IMG/VR virus record: IMGVR_UViG_3300037455_000250
Coordinates: 1 to 64,000 of that record
Strand: one strand, 5' to 3'
Origin: a virus
Lineage: Duplodnaviria; Caudoviricetes
Length of the DNA: 64,000 nt
In this document: positions 38,531-50,261 of the stretch, in pieces
Layout of the letters: each line of letters begins with the position of its first letter
Position numbering within the stretch: position 1 is the stretch's first letter
The notes under the pieces: generated by a model
The model's database searches: none
What the model saw: only the letters and a program-made list of their open reading frames with translations
What the model was told of the DNA's origin: nothing
Translations under genes and position numbers: made by a program

Positions 38531-39559
38531 ATGTCGAGCAGTATGGACGCGTTACTTGCTAAAGTAAACAAAGAAGTCAAAGAGGAGATTATCTTTAAGG
38601 GACTTGCGAGTTATAACTACAATAAAATTCCCTTTTTATCTCCCAGATTTAATTATTGCACATACGGCGGGATTCCCGCTGGTAAAGTAATCGAACTCTT
38701 TGGTCCTGAACACGGGGGTAAAACAACAACGGCTCTTGGCGAACTTGCGGAGTTTCAGAGACTGGAAAGAAAACACGCAGAAGAGGACAACACTTATGTT
38801 GAAAGGGACGCCTTTTATGTTGATGTAGAAAATACACTTGATAGCGATTGGGCACAAAATTTAGGTGTTGACACGGATAAAATGTATCTCTTACAACCAA
38901 AATCTCAGAGTGCGGAAGTTATTTTTAATCTCATTACAGACGCTATTGAAACAGGTGATATTGGCTTTGTCGTGTTAGACAGTATTGCGGCTATGGTATC
39001 ACAAGATGAATTAGAAAAGGACTATGATGAAAAATCTTTTGGTGGTATCAGTGGGCCTCTTTCGAGATTTTCCCGTAAAATTGAAATGCTCTGTGCAAAA
39101 TATAATTGTACCTTAATAGGTATTAACCAAGTTCGTGATGATGTTAACAGTTCTTGGGGTGGATATAAGACACCCGGTGGCCGTGCTTGGAAACACATTT
39201 GTATTATGCGTGTGGAGTTTAGAAAAGGAAAATTCATTGATGAAAACGGAGTAGAACTTTCTAATAACACAGAAACACCCGCAGGCACTTTAATTACATT
39301 TACCGTAATCAAGAATAAGACTTGCCCTCCTGACAGACGAGTTGGTTTTTATACACTTCGTTGGAACGGCGTTGATAAGATAGCAGACCTTATTGAGGTT
39401 GCAATTAAGTGTGGTATCATTGAAAAATCTGGTTCTTGGTTTATTATTCCAGAAGTATCAGAAAAGATACAAGGACAAAATAATGTTCGTAAATATCTCG
39501 AGGAACATCAAGATGTATTAGCGAATTTGGAAGAGTTAGTTGCTGAAACAATATCTTGA
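38531..39559 (+). CDS. recA: RecA recombinase
   Basis: GPEHGGKTT, DVENTLD, VLDSIAA, INQVR, TPGGRA. Confidence 0.95.
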   Translation: MSSSMDALLAKVNKEVKEEIIFKGLASYNYNKIPFLSPRFNYCTYGGIPAGKVIELFGPEHGGKTTTALGELAEFQRLERKHAEEDNTYVERDAFYVDVENTLDSDWAQNLGVDTDKMYLLQPKSQSAEVIFNLITDAIETGDIGFVVLDSIAAMVSQDELEKDYDEKSFGGISGPLSRFSRKIEMLCAKYNCTLIGINQVRDDVNSSWGGYKTPGGRAWKHICIMRVEFRKGKFIDENGVELSNNTETPAGTLITFTVIKNKTCPPDRRVGFYTLRWNGVDKIADLIEVAIKCGIIEKSGSWFIIPEVSEKIQGQNNVRKYLEEHQDVLANLEELVAETIS

Positions 39560-39720
39560 TAAAACGCAAATAATTCCTATCGCGTATAACGCTCTGTATA
39601 GTGTCTATTTTGCGTCGGCATATACAATGAATATCTGTATATGTTTTCGATATGCCAAGATAAATTAGACATAATTCCGTAAGTTGTTAAAATTCATCAT
39701 TTTGTATCACCCAAATAATA

Positions 39721-39759
39721 AATTACCCCCGATAGATTTAGTATCTACCGAGGGTAATT
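39721..39759. terminator. Hairpin between the converging arms (likely bidirectional terminator)
   Basis: AATTACCC..ATAGA/TCTA..GGGTAATT inverted repeat. Confidence 0.7.
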
Positions 39760-39765
39760 TGCGTT

Positions 39766-39840
39766 TCATGGGTTTTGTTGTTGATGGTTTTCTTTGTCTG
39801 CCATAAGCATTAACCAATATTCGAGTTCCTCTTCCGACAT
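39766..39840 (-). CDS. 24-aa acidic peptide MSEEELEYWLMLMADKENHQQQNP
   Basis: GAGGTG SD on the minus strand; translated by hand. Confidence 0.45.
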   Translation of the reverse strand: MSEEELEYWLMLMADKENHQQQNP

Positions 39841-39896
39841 ACAATCACCTCAACTAATGATGATATTATTGTATGCAAAAATTTCCATAAATACAA

Positions 39897-39927
39897 GTGC
39901 GGGCTATCCTACGCTAATAGCCCGCAC
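39897..39927 (-). terminator. Intrinsic terminator of the leftward arm
   Basis: 10-bp stem GTGCGGGCTA/TAGCCCGCAC followed by TTGTATTT on the minus strand. Confidence 0.75.
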
Positions 39928-39959
39928 TCAATAAGGAAAGTGAGAAATATAGAAAAATG

Positions 39960-41057
39960 TTATCTTGTTGGATAACTATGAATTGCTCCTGTATTATCTG
40001 TCCAACAATTTACAGGTGCGTCATAGTCAGCGTTTTCGTGGTCCCAATATTTGTTATTTACCATTATTGTTTCACTATTGCCAATACTCATAAACAGATA
40101 TGCAGTACCCTCCATAAACGCTTTAGGATTGTATTTCTTGTATAATGCTTTAATGTCCTCTAATCTTGCAATAAGTTCTGCCTCAAAATCTCCTCTACTC
40201 ATCATACTTATTCTTCCTCCTCATTCAAACTCTCAAATATTCTTACCGCTACATTTGCGGAATACATAACAAGTAATTCACTTACTAAGTCCAATAAATC
40301 TTTGTCGCCTGTAAGTTTTGCCGCAAGTTCCGCTTTTGCTATTTCTTCGTGCATTATCTCCGCTAATCTGTCACGGGTAATAGAAACTTCTCCGCTTAAC
40401 CACTTTTCGTCTACCATATTAATATTCCTCCTTCAATCGTATATTAGTTTTCTTCTTTCCAATAAGAGCCTTCATCAATGAACTTCTTTGTCCCGTAAAG
40501 CAACTCTGGCGCATTTTTATTCATTGACGAATAATCCCGTAATAAAAATCTTTCTGCACCACTCACCGTCTTAAACTGTCTAATCGTATAGGTCATGATA
40601 CTGTTTCCTCTTCGCATAAATCGTGCTACACAGTAACGACCAAGATGATACATAATACCAATCTGACCATACTCGCCAAACTTAATCATATAGGCATATT
40701 TTCGTTCTTCCATAATTACTTACCTCTCATATCTGCGGTTGTGAGTGTTCTTGCTCCTTGATAGCCACAATTCCACATTGTTGCACTTTTACCTTCATAT
40801 TCAGTTACGGCATATCCATACTGCGATAACAAGAATTTTAATTCGGTCTGAATTTTTGAGGTTGTACGGCTATACTTCTTAACATTGACCTTTGCCGTTT
40901 TATTTTCTCGGTCAATCTGACAAATTTCTGTGGAGTAGTTGAATAGGGTATCATTTGCACAACCTAAGTGCCCATATGCTCCAAACTTCTTCTTTCCTGT
41001 GATGTACTGTCTGATAAAATCGGTGTTATTCATTGTTATTCCCTCCTTAACCTTCAA
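39960..41057 (-). CDS. Four small hypothetical ORFs (39960-40205, 40208-40417, 40444-40713, 40716-41057)
   Basis: Minus-strand ORFs with SD sites. Confidence 0.6.
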
Positions 41058-41691
41058 GTGCGTTTCTTTTCATAGCGTTATATCCAGCAGTTTTGCCTGT
41101 TCTAAATGCCTCTCCGTTATATGCTCGCGGTGTGCTTGTTCTTACTCGTCGGAATCCCTTTGTGTGGTCAGCATATAATTCTTTAACATCTTCTGGAACG
41201 ACCACCATCAATGCTTTGCTCTGTTCAGCAAGGGCTTCTTTAATACCTTCAACAAAACCAATTACACAGGAATTGTAAACATTATCGGCATATCCGTACT
41301 TCGCTTTAGCCTCTCTATACAGTTTATTTCCTAAACTGTTACCCATATCGAATAAGTAATTAAATGTTTCTGCGGCAATCATCACGTCGGTCTTGTGTCC
41401 AAAGAATACGATTGTACCCTTACCGTGTAAAAAGTGCTTACATCTGAAATTATCCGCTACGGTGCGAGCAAGTGAATACTTCCACTTCTTTGCGGGAACA
41501 TCAATCTCTACTTCGCCGATAGGCTCTTCTTTTGTGATATCCACATTCTCGACCTCTGCCAAGGCAATATTATACTGTTGCATTAATTCCTGTGCTTTGC
41601 AGGCAGCAGAGATTGCCTCTTCTTTGGACGGGTTGTTCTTGGATAACTCAAACAATTTCTTAATCTTTTCCAAAACCTTTTCATTTTCCAT
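41047..41691 (-). CDS. DUF2786-domain protein
   Basis: KIKKLFELS..EEA..A..KAQELM..YNI. Confidence 0.8.
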   Translation of the reverse strand: MENEKVLEKIKKLFELSKNNPSKEEAISAACKAQELMQQYNIALAEVENVDITKEEPIGEVEIDVPAKKWKYSLARTVADNFRCKHFLHGKGTIVFFGHKTDVMIAAETFNYLFDMGNSLGNKLYREAKAKYGYADNVYNSCVIGFVEGIKEALAEQSKALMVVVPEDVKELYADHTKGFRRVRTSTPRAYNGEAFRTGKTAGYNAMKRNALEG

Positions 41692-41755
41692 TTTAGTTTC
41701 CTCACTTTCTGTAAACATTATCTATCGTTTACACTTACTATTATAATGGGAGAAT

Positions 41756-41795
41756 ATTAATATTTCTTACATATCCTGTGAATAAATTGTAAACA
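41756..41795. repeat. 40-bp regulatory repeat, copy 1 (copy 2 at 43121-43160)
   Basis: 35/40 identical by manual alignment. Confidence 0.75.
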
Positions 41796-41808
41796 TTATC
41801 ATAAACGA

Positions 41809-42210
41809 TTATGTGAGCCGTGGCAGATAGTTTTCCACAAAGTCTTTATAAACTGGTTCGCTTGTATATCCTGCCATCCAATAATGTATTTCTCTTATCC
41901 ACTGATAGATAAATTCGTCTTCATCACCTTTGTATTGATGTGTCCAGTTTTTCTTTGTAAATTCTTTGAAAATGGGCATATTGTGTTCTATCATTTCAGA
42001 CCAATCACAGATGAGACCATCACGAACCTTCTTCTTAACGTCTACCAACTTTACTATACCACGGCAGAACTTTTCGTAGAAGTCCCTTTCTGTTCCAATC
42101 CAATCAACTGTAACGATGGCGTCAAAAGTATTATCGTAGGTATCAAAAGTACCTTCTGTAAGTTCCAATAATTCGTATAATGTAATATTCATAATTGGTC
42201 TCCTAACCAT
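41809..42210 (-). CDS. Hypothetical protein
   Basis: Minus-strand ORF. Confidence 0.6.
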   Translation of the reverse strand: MVRRPIMNITLYELLELTEGTFDTYDNTFDAIVTVDWIGTERDFYEKFCRGIVKLVDVKKKVRDGLICDWSEMIEHNMPIFKEFTKKNWTHQYKGDEDEFIYQWIREIHYWMAGYTSEPVYKDFVENYLPRLT

Positions 42211-42345
42211 TCTTTAAATAATTTTAATGCGTCTTTTTCGGAATAGCCTATATACTGTCGTTTAAAAAACATACCTTTGGCAACGGCACGTATTTCATAT
42301 ACATTCTTTGCCATTTTTGATATTGATAGCCGTACGTTTATCTGT

Positions 42346-43059
42346 TCACCCATATATAGTACACTCCTTCAGGTCTGTTAAAATCGACTGTTCTATTACC
42401 TCATCCGGAATTTTAGGTACATATACGCGTTTTACATCTTCTCCCGGCCATCTGATGAGTGCCTCTCCATACATTGGTAATTCTTCACAACCACTAACTT
42501 CAATGATATTTCGTGAGTGTTGTGCGGTAGCGGTATGTAATCCAATTAGCACAGGAAAATTCACCTTAATTCGTGTTGGAATTACACTGGCTAATGGACA
42601 CTGTGTTGCTACTATTACTTGAACTTTTGTGGCTCTTCCCAACTGGCATATTCTTTGTAATAAATTAGCGGCTTTTTTGCTCGTAAGCATAAGGTCTGCC
42701 ATTTCATCTACCACTAAATGTACGGTAGACTTGTCGTATAACTGAATGCCTCGTGATTTCATATCATCTAATCTTGCCATCACCATTCTTAATACACCTT
42801 CAAGTGTATTTTCGGCATCCTCAATACTTGTGGCACATCTGATACAGTGTTTGGTGTTTTCAAATCGAGATAATTCAACCATTTTCACATCAATAAGTAC
42901 GGACTTATGTTCGTTCACGTCCTTAAGCGACAATACTTCCAATAATGATGTAATCAGTGTTGACTTTCCTGAGCCAGGACATCCCGCAATTAATGTGTGC
43001 TTGCCACTATTTAATATATCTTCATATAGTGGCGCGGTTAATCCAACAAATTCTTCCAT
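42346..43059 (-). CDS. Stand-alone FtsK/SpoIIIE-family ATPase domain
   Basis: HTLIAGCPGSGKS, LIDVKMVEL, VVDEMADLM, GRA..V.VIVATQ.P. Confidence 0.85.
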   Translation of the reverse strand: MEEFVGLTAPLYEDILNSGKHTLIAGCPGSGKSTLITSLLEVLSLKDVNEHKSVLIDVKMVELSRFENTKHCIRCATSIEDAENTLEGVLRMVMARLDDMKSRGIQLYDKSTVHLVVDEMADLMLTSKKAANLLQRICQLGRATKVQVIVATQCPLASVIPTRIKVNFPVLIGLHTATAQHSRNIIEVSGCEELPMYGEALIRWPGEDVKRVYVPKIPDEVIEQSILTDLKECTIYG

Positions 43060-43131
43060 ATATAGTCCTCACTTTCTGATTGCTTGTGTGCAATACTGTA
43101 TATAGTATAGATTGGCGTATATTAATATTTC

Positions 43132-46100
43132 TTACATACCGTGTGAATATTCTGTAAACAGTTCTTCCCAAACTTCATCATTTCTTGCCACACTATCAAT
43201 AAACTGTAAGAGGTCAGTAATATCCGCCTCGCAATTCGTGTACTTGGCAAGTAAGACTGCCCCTGCCTCTCTCAAAGGATTAAGATGTGCTAATTTTTCC
43301 CTTGCTCGATTGTATTCGTCCACATAACACTTCAGGTCGAACGGGATACAATTTCTATATGCGCCTTCAAGTATTGTTTCCGCAATTTCGTCTGTATCAA
43401 GGTCATACCAAATATCGTTGGTAAAATCAATGTCGCTATATCCATCACAAGTGAAGAAGTCCGCATACTCATCATATTCCAGATTAATAAGGTCCCAAGG
43501 GTCCCAGTTTGCTAACTGGTCGTTGATGTTTTCCGCATTGTTCTCATATAAACGGTCATACCTGTTGTTATCTCTGATTTCGTTTCCCAATTCGAGTGCG
43601 TCCTCATTACTCATATAATCCAACGCATCCACAACAAACTCTTTTGCCTCTTCCCATAACTCCTCGAGTGTCTTAAATCTGCCATTTTCCTTCTTAATTT
43701 CGATGTTTTCCATAGTGCTGTCTCCTTCCTTATGCTACTTCCTGTAAGTTTAATAATGGTTCCATTTCTGCGGCGTCATATATTTCATATCCGCCTTCTT
43801 TCCATTCAATGTATGCCTCAATATCTCCGTCGTAATAACTTGCCAGATATCCGCTCTCGACAAGTGTAGATATAATATTTTTGCACACTATCGACCAATC
43901 ATCTGGGCTCGTATCAATCGAAACTCTTCCAATAACTCTCCAATCATTTACTGTCCAACCCTCACAGTCAGACCATACATCTAACCATACAACCTCGTAC
44001 TCTCGCATATTATTTCTCCTTCCATAAAAGTTTATAGACTTCTTCCATAATTGCTGGGATTACTTCCTTATTTATGCGTTTGTATTCGTCCTCATTCTTA
44101 ATGGTGTCTTTCGCAGGGTTAGTAGTATAGTGTGCTCCACCTATGGATAACATATCGGAATATGCCCTTGCGATATAGAAACTCCTCATCAACTCTACTA
44201 ATTGCCATGTTTCCTTATCTGTTAAAACGGTTTCGGTAAAGAACTCCGTGAAAGCGTCATATCCATTTTTATCGGGGTTCTTAAAGAACAGTCCGTCAAA
44301 GTGCTGGTGGCTTGCAATATCTCTTGACAGATGAGGTATTCGGTTGTTCGTGTACGTTTCAACATAGCCAAAGCCCCAATACCAGCCACAATCCCAACTT
44401 CCACTTTCGAGAAAATACTTAATACCGTCTTTGTCTGTTCCAAGTAAGAAACAATCCTTACCAAATTTGTGCATAACATATTTCTTCATGGGTTATTCCT
44501 CCTTAATCGTCATACGCCCAACCGGGTTCTACCTGAACTTCATATCCTTCTAATGACGCTTTTGGTCCATAGCATACCCACATCATTCCAAAACTTGCTC
44601 TATCCATTCCTCGTTCTATATAGTAATCTTCAATCCGATTAAATATTTCCTTTCCCACTTCAATCTTGGTGCAATCATAATGGTCAAATGATTTTCCTTC
44701 AATAGCGTCTGCCATCATCTCATAGAGGTCAACAATCCCACATTTTGCTAATTCGGGGTTCATAATCCAAGTTTCTTTTGTCTTTTCCATAATATTTTCC
44801 TCACAGTTCATATTCAATTTCCTCTATTCTTACATTGTCATAGCACGGAATACTGATAACTCCGTCCTCGTTCTTCTTGGTCAGGTGTTCTTTTATATAC
44901 TTCTTTGCCTCAGCCTCAGTTTCAAACCATTTCAGGTCCAGATGACTTTCTGTAAGTGAGGACTTAAATACATATATCTTGTATTTATTCCTCATTGTGT
45001 AGAGATATTTAGGTTCTCTACCAATTCCATCTTTCTTTGTTTCGTCATATACAAAGTAATCTACCTTGATAACATAGTATTTTGCCATTATTCTTCACCT
45101 TCTTCCTCAACAATATTTGCAACAAGAACTCCGGTCTCACCTACAATAGCTCTGACTTCATCACACGCGGCAAATTTAGCGTCCAGTAACGCTTTTGCTC
45201 TCTTTTCCACATCACTCTCAGGAATTTCCGCAATTTCAATTTCAGGATAAAATGTTCCGAAAGGCTCTCTTCCCTTCTTTCTATCCGTTGTTGTCTTGTA
45301 ATACTTAACCTCAAACTTTGCCATAATTCTTTCTCCTTTCATTATTGGCTTGCGTTTTCGCTTTTCGCTACACTAATTATAGACAGGTAATTATTACTAA
45401 ATCATCAATACCTTGTGAATATTTTGTAAACAAACTATGACGGTTGTAGACACACTATCATATAGATATGGTAGTTTATTTATATTCGTCAAGGACAACC
45501 TCTTCCCATAACCGCACATTCTCACAGTATTCATCTACTTCCAAAAAATACGGTTTATAATACTCGGTATAATCATAACTTCCTATTACAATTAACTTTC
45601 CTTCTTCGTCCTCAATCATTATCGGATAATTTAATTGGTAGAACTGTCCGAGTGCATACAGTTTTCCCTTATGCCTAAAGTAAATTAAATCGCCACAGGG
45701 CTCGGCATAATCGAATAGTTGATGGCGTTTGGTAACATACGTGCAGTTTATCTTTATCCATCGGCTTGCTTTGATGTACCCATATTTAGGATTAGGTTCT
45801 TTCGGAATATAAATTTTAGCCATGATGCTTTCTCCTTTCTGTTGCAGGGCTTGTTGTATTGTCTCCTCTAAAGTTAGGTCCAAATACGCGGTGACGCGGA
45901 AATTCTTTTTCATCTATTTCCCGTATATCTCCTTTTACTTTAACCCACGGGTTTACTTCCCCGAGTGTAAACTCTCTTGCCAAGGTTTTATTCGGGGCTT
46001 CCACATAATACCACTTTTTTCCCCAATTCGGGTCATAAATTGGCACGGCAAAACATTTCCACTGTGAATATGGAATACTCCAATACTTCTTCAACAACTC

Positions 46101-49100
46101 TTTACTTGGCATACAGGTCAATCTCCTTTTCCAATCGAATTTCAACCAATTCATCTTTCTTGTGGTCATATCGGGTGAAAATCATCCTTCCCGGCTCACT
46201 CTCCGTTGCCTCATATTCATAGCCTATGGCTTTAATTGTGCTGATGGCATACTGCAATTTACTGTCCTCAAATTCTGTTTGGTTCAGAACTTTAGGATAT
46301 AGTCCAGATAATTTCCAAGTCGTGCAACTCCACATATTATTCTCCTTTCTTTTATGACGGTTGTAGATTAGAACGGTAATAGAAGTTCTCCAATCTCTCT
46401 TCCAAGAATGTCCATTCTGTATAATGGGTCGTGTCCTTTTGCTTGTCGTACTGTTATGCGGTGCGGGCACGTACTATCCTCGTGACGAGCATACCAATAA
46501 TTTTTTCCGTTAATCGTCTTTTTGTAAATTAGATAGTGGTCACGGTACTCAATAAATTTCATATCCTCGTTCATAATCTCACCTTCTCTCTTACAGGAAA
46601 AAGTCATTTTGGAAATAACTGTCTGCCATATCGTGGGCGTATTCCTCTGGGTCAGTATCAATCTCATCTTCGTGCGCCAACGCCCACTCATATTCCTCGT
46701 TATAAATTCTTTCCCATTCGTCGGCTATCTGTTCTCCGTACGATTTAACATCCTCACGGTAAACACATCTTGCCTCAGGATAGTTTAATCGTATCTCGTT
46801 AATCCGCATTTCCACAAAACTATCAAGATGTTCACCCATAGCCTCAACCGCTTTAGCCTCGATAGTATCCGCAATAACTTCCGAGCCACATTCGTCTATC
46901 AAAACAATCTGTACCTTCATATTATTCTTCCTCGCTTTCACATATAATTTCCACAATTTCTATTCCATCGTAGAGTAGGGAGAATGTCTCCCGCACATCA
47001 TCTTCATCATATCCATCAATAAGGGTTTGACCTAACAGTTCAGGATGGGCGTAATCCGTGTGTATCACGGTGTAAAGTTTCTTAATTCCCATATTCATTC
47101 CTCCTCATTGTTATAGCAGATAACCATACGACCATCCGCAAGTGTGTATAAGTCAGTGACTTCCTCTTCCTGAATTTCATCAAACAGGTCTGTCATTTTG
47201 AAGTCGCTAACCTCTCCCTCAAACCTCTCTCCAGAGTCCTCATCATTAATAAAGGCGTCATTCTGGACAATGATATTAAAATTCATATTGTCCATCCTGT
47301 ATAACAAATCATAAATAGTCCACATATTGTTCTTCCTCACTTTCTCCCCGTATAGTCGATAGGACAACTCTTTGACGGTTGTAGATTTATTCGAGTGTTA
47401 CTCCTAACTTGTCGGCTAATCTATCTAATTTGATGTTCATTCGGTCGGTAAAGTCGGTTATCTCTTGTATCATATAGGCTACTGCCTCTTCTTCTTCGTG
47501 ACAAGCGTGGATAAACGCATCTTCGGGGCACTGGAAGTAGTGACCTTGTCCCCAATACATCAGTCGGTCTGTGTTTTCATCACTGTTATCAGGACGTCGC
47601 TCTCCCTTAACTCCTTTTATTCGAGGTGACCAACACGCTATCCATTGATAATCACCATTTCTTTCCCATCTCACTACTGCATAATCGGATAAAGGAAATA
47701 CCTTAAGAACTTTAACTGTCTGTGCCATATTATTCCTCCTCTCTGTTGTCCCAGATAAACGCTAACTGGACGGCTTTAATTATCACAAGAATAATTCCTA
47801 CAAACCAAGCGATAACTTCAGGCTGCATTGTTTGGTTCCTCCTTTAAAGTAAAATATCATCAAGGTAATCAGGTTCAAGGTCATATCCTGCAAGGATATC
47901 TTCTATCTCCTCACTGCCTTCAAGGATATCTTCTAAGTCCATTGTTGCGAGTACTCCATTAATTTCTGATTTAAGGATACGGTATTCGTCCTTTGCAACC
48001 TCTTCACTCATCCCATCTCTTTCCATAAAAATCTTGATAATTCTGTTCATACTGTTCTCCTTTCCTTTTTGAACTTTGTAGATTTGTTGTTTTATGCCTC
48101 TGAAAGTATTTCTCCATCAAGAGTTGCTATGGTTCTAAGTCCCGTTCCTTGATACGCAAACGGCATTCCAACAATCTCCTCAACTGCTTTCCCAGCGGCT
48201 AACCATCTGTTGTGTTCCTCTTCTGACTTCGGGCAGAGATATAAATCCTGATATACTTTCTCAGGTATCTCAATTATTTCTTCCTTGCAAATAGTGACTT
48301 TAACCTGTATCATATTCTTACCTCACTTTCGTAATAATTCCATCTTCGAGTGTTACACTTGCGTACCATCTATGCGGTTCGGGGTAGTGCGGTCCCTCCA
48401 CACAAACTGTTCCATTACTCGGCTCGTTCCCACCGAACGGTCCTGGCTGATAAACTCTCACCTTCTGTCCATTGGCAACGGCCTCCTTGAGTGCTTTCTT
48501 GGTCTTGAAGTTGATTGTGGTATACATATTCAGTCCTCCTTCTTAAATCTCTTCGTTAGCAAGTATTTCCTTATAGGTCATAATAAGCACTTCGTCAGTG
48601 CAGGCTCTAATCCAATCCTCACTCCAACCTCTCTTACGCAACTCCTGTCTGATACATTCCATCACCAGCATATTAATTCTCCTTTCTTTCAAACCAAATT
48701 TCTTCCATTACGTTCTCAAAATCTTCTAACATCGGGTATCACCTCACTCTCTTTCTTCAACCGGCAGGTATTCCATTGTTATTTTTCTGGTTTTCTGTAA
48801 ATCTTCTACGTCTCCGTAGGCATAAATTCTATCCACTTTGTACTGTCCATCTGGGTTAAGGATGTTGTAAACCCTCATCACGTTGGGCAATTCTTCTGGT
48901 GTGGTATCTAATTTCAAGATTTCCGCAGTCGCAAGGTTGATAACCTCGATTGTCATCCTTACGGTCTTAACTCTACCGAACATTGTCATATTCTTTCTCC
49001 TTTCACTTGACTGGTGTAGATTTAGTTTTTATTCAATCAAGCACACAGACTATTCGCACGGAAGGGTATCTATTTAGAACTCGTTGGGATCGGTGTCGTA

Positions 49101-49594
49101 TTCCCAATCATATGTTCCGTGATAGCGGTTCTGCTCTTCAAGGAACTCCAATCTTTCTTCTTCTTCAATGTGGTTGTAGGCGTCTTCAATGTCGATAGCG
49201 GATAGCGGACAACGCATTTCATCTAATCTTCTTTGGCACTCTGCCAGAACTTTCTCAATTTTTGTCATAGGTCACTTTCCTCCGAATGTATGTATCGTGT
49301 TAAACCAGCGGACAAATTCTGCCCCGTATAATTCTCTGCAAATTCTAAAACCGAACTTTTCGTACTGGCTTGCGTAGTATTTAGCCATATCTTTAGTCCT
49401 CCTTATTAGTAATTAAGTGATAGGATTGCTCTCATATAGTCTTCCGCACAGTGGATTCCCATATCCAAATCAAATCTTCCTTCGGCTTTGTACTTTTCAT
49501 ATTCTTGTGTCATTTCTTGATAACCCTCATCGGTTATGATTGCGGTACAGGATGCGCCCTGTCTATAAGAATAATATTTAATCTTGTGGTCCAT
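43132..49594 (-). CDS. Array of about 25 small hypothetical genes (e.g. 43132-43713, 43730-44008, 44010-44489, 44503-44817, 44801-45088, 45088-45342, 47387-47728, 47844-48050, 48092-48313, 48318-48527, 48744-48989, 49074-49268, 49272-49388, 49406-49594)
   Basis: Co-oriented ORFs, most with GGAGG/AAGGAG/GTGAGG SD sites; no function recognised. Confidence 0.65.
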
Positions 49595-49644
49595 TTTAAT
49601 TTCCCCCTTTCTTAGGTGCGAATAATCTGTATTCTTGATTGACT
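49031..49644. repeat. Imperfect 34-bp inverted repeat (49031-49064 / 49611-49644)
   Basis: 28/34 identical. Confidence 0.8.
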
Positions 49645-49645
49645 T

Positions 49646-50261
49646 CAGGCGTGTTTTGCGGACACTTACTAATGCGTGTTATTTATTTATGCTATGAACT
49701 CTGTAGATGCGAGTTCGTTTCGGCTTGTGTTATGCGGGAGCATTTTCTTTTGTAATCTGACGGAAGACGATTTCGGGCTTGTCTTTCTTCTTGGGAGCGG
49801 CTGCAGGTTTCTTGCTTTCGGCTTTCTTATCTGCGGGCTTCTTTTCGGCGGGTTTCTTCTTGTCAGGACGTTCCTTGACTGTGGCAAACTGGACATCTTT
49901 CAGGTTGTCTTTCAGGAACTTCTTGATAGCGTCAACTGCGGTCTCTTTTTCGCCAACTTTGATAAGTTTCATATACTCGTAATCGTCGGGATTCTTCTCG
50001 AGGTCGGGCTTTAACTTCACGCCCTCAAGGTTCTTAAAAGTGTCATTCCAGTTTTTGTGCAGGTAAACGTGTGCTGTGGACGAATTTGCCTTCTTATATG
50101 CGAAAACAATTTGCTTGTCCTCAGTATAGAAACGGAATGTGGTGTTCTGTGCAAAAATCTTAATTTTCATGGTAAGTTCCTCCTTATGAACTAAAATATT
50201 ATTGTGTTTGGGTGGGTGCATAAATAATACACGCATAGTAAGTATCTCCAAAACACGCCTG
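49646..50261. repeat. Imperfect 44/47-bp inverted repeat (49646-49692 / 50218-50261)
   Basis: 13-bp perfect outer block; few mismatches and small indels inside. Confidence 0.85.
49730..50170 (-). CDS. Lys-rich protein (146 aa), first clear gene of the leftward arm
   Basis: AAGGAGG SD; KKP-rich C-terminal tail. Confidence 0.75.
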   Translation of the reverse strand: MKIKIFAQNTTFRFYTEDKQIVFAYKKANSSTAHVYLHKNWNDTFKNLEGVKLKPDLEKNPDDYEYMKLIKVGEKETAVDAIKKFLKDNLKDVQFATVKERPDKKKPAEKKPADKKAESKKPAAAPKKKDKPEIVFRQITKENAPA

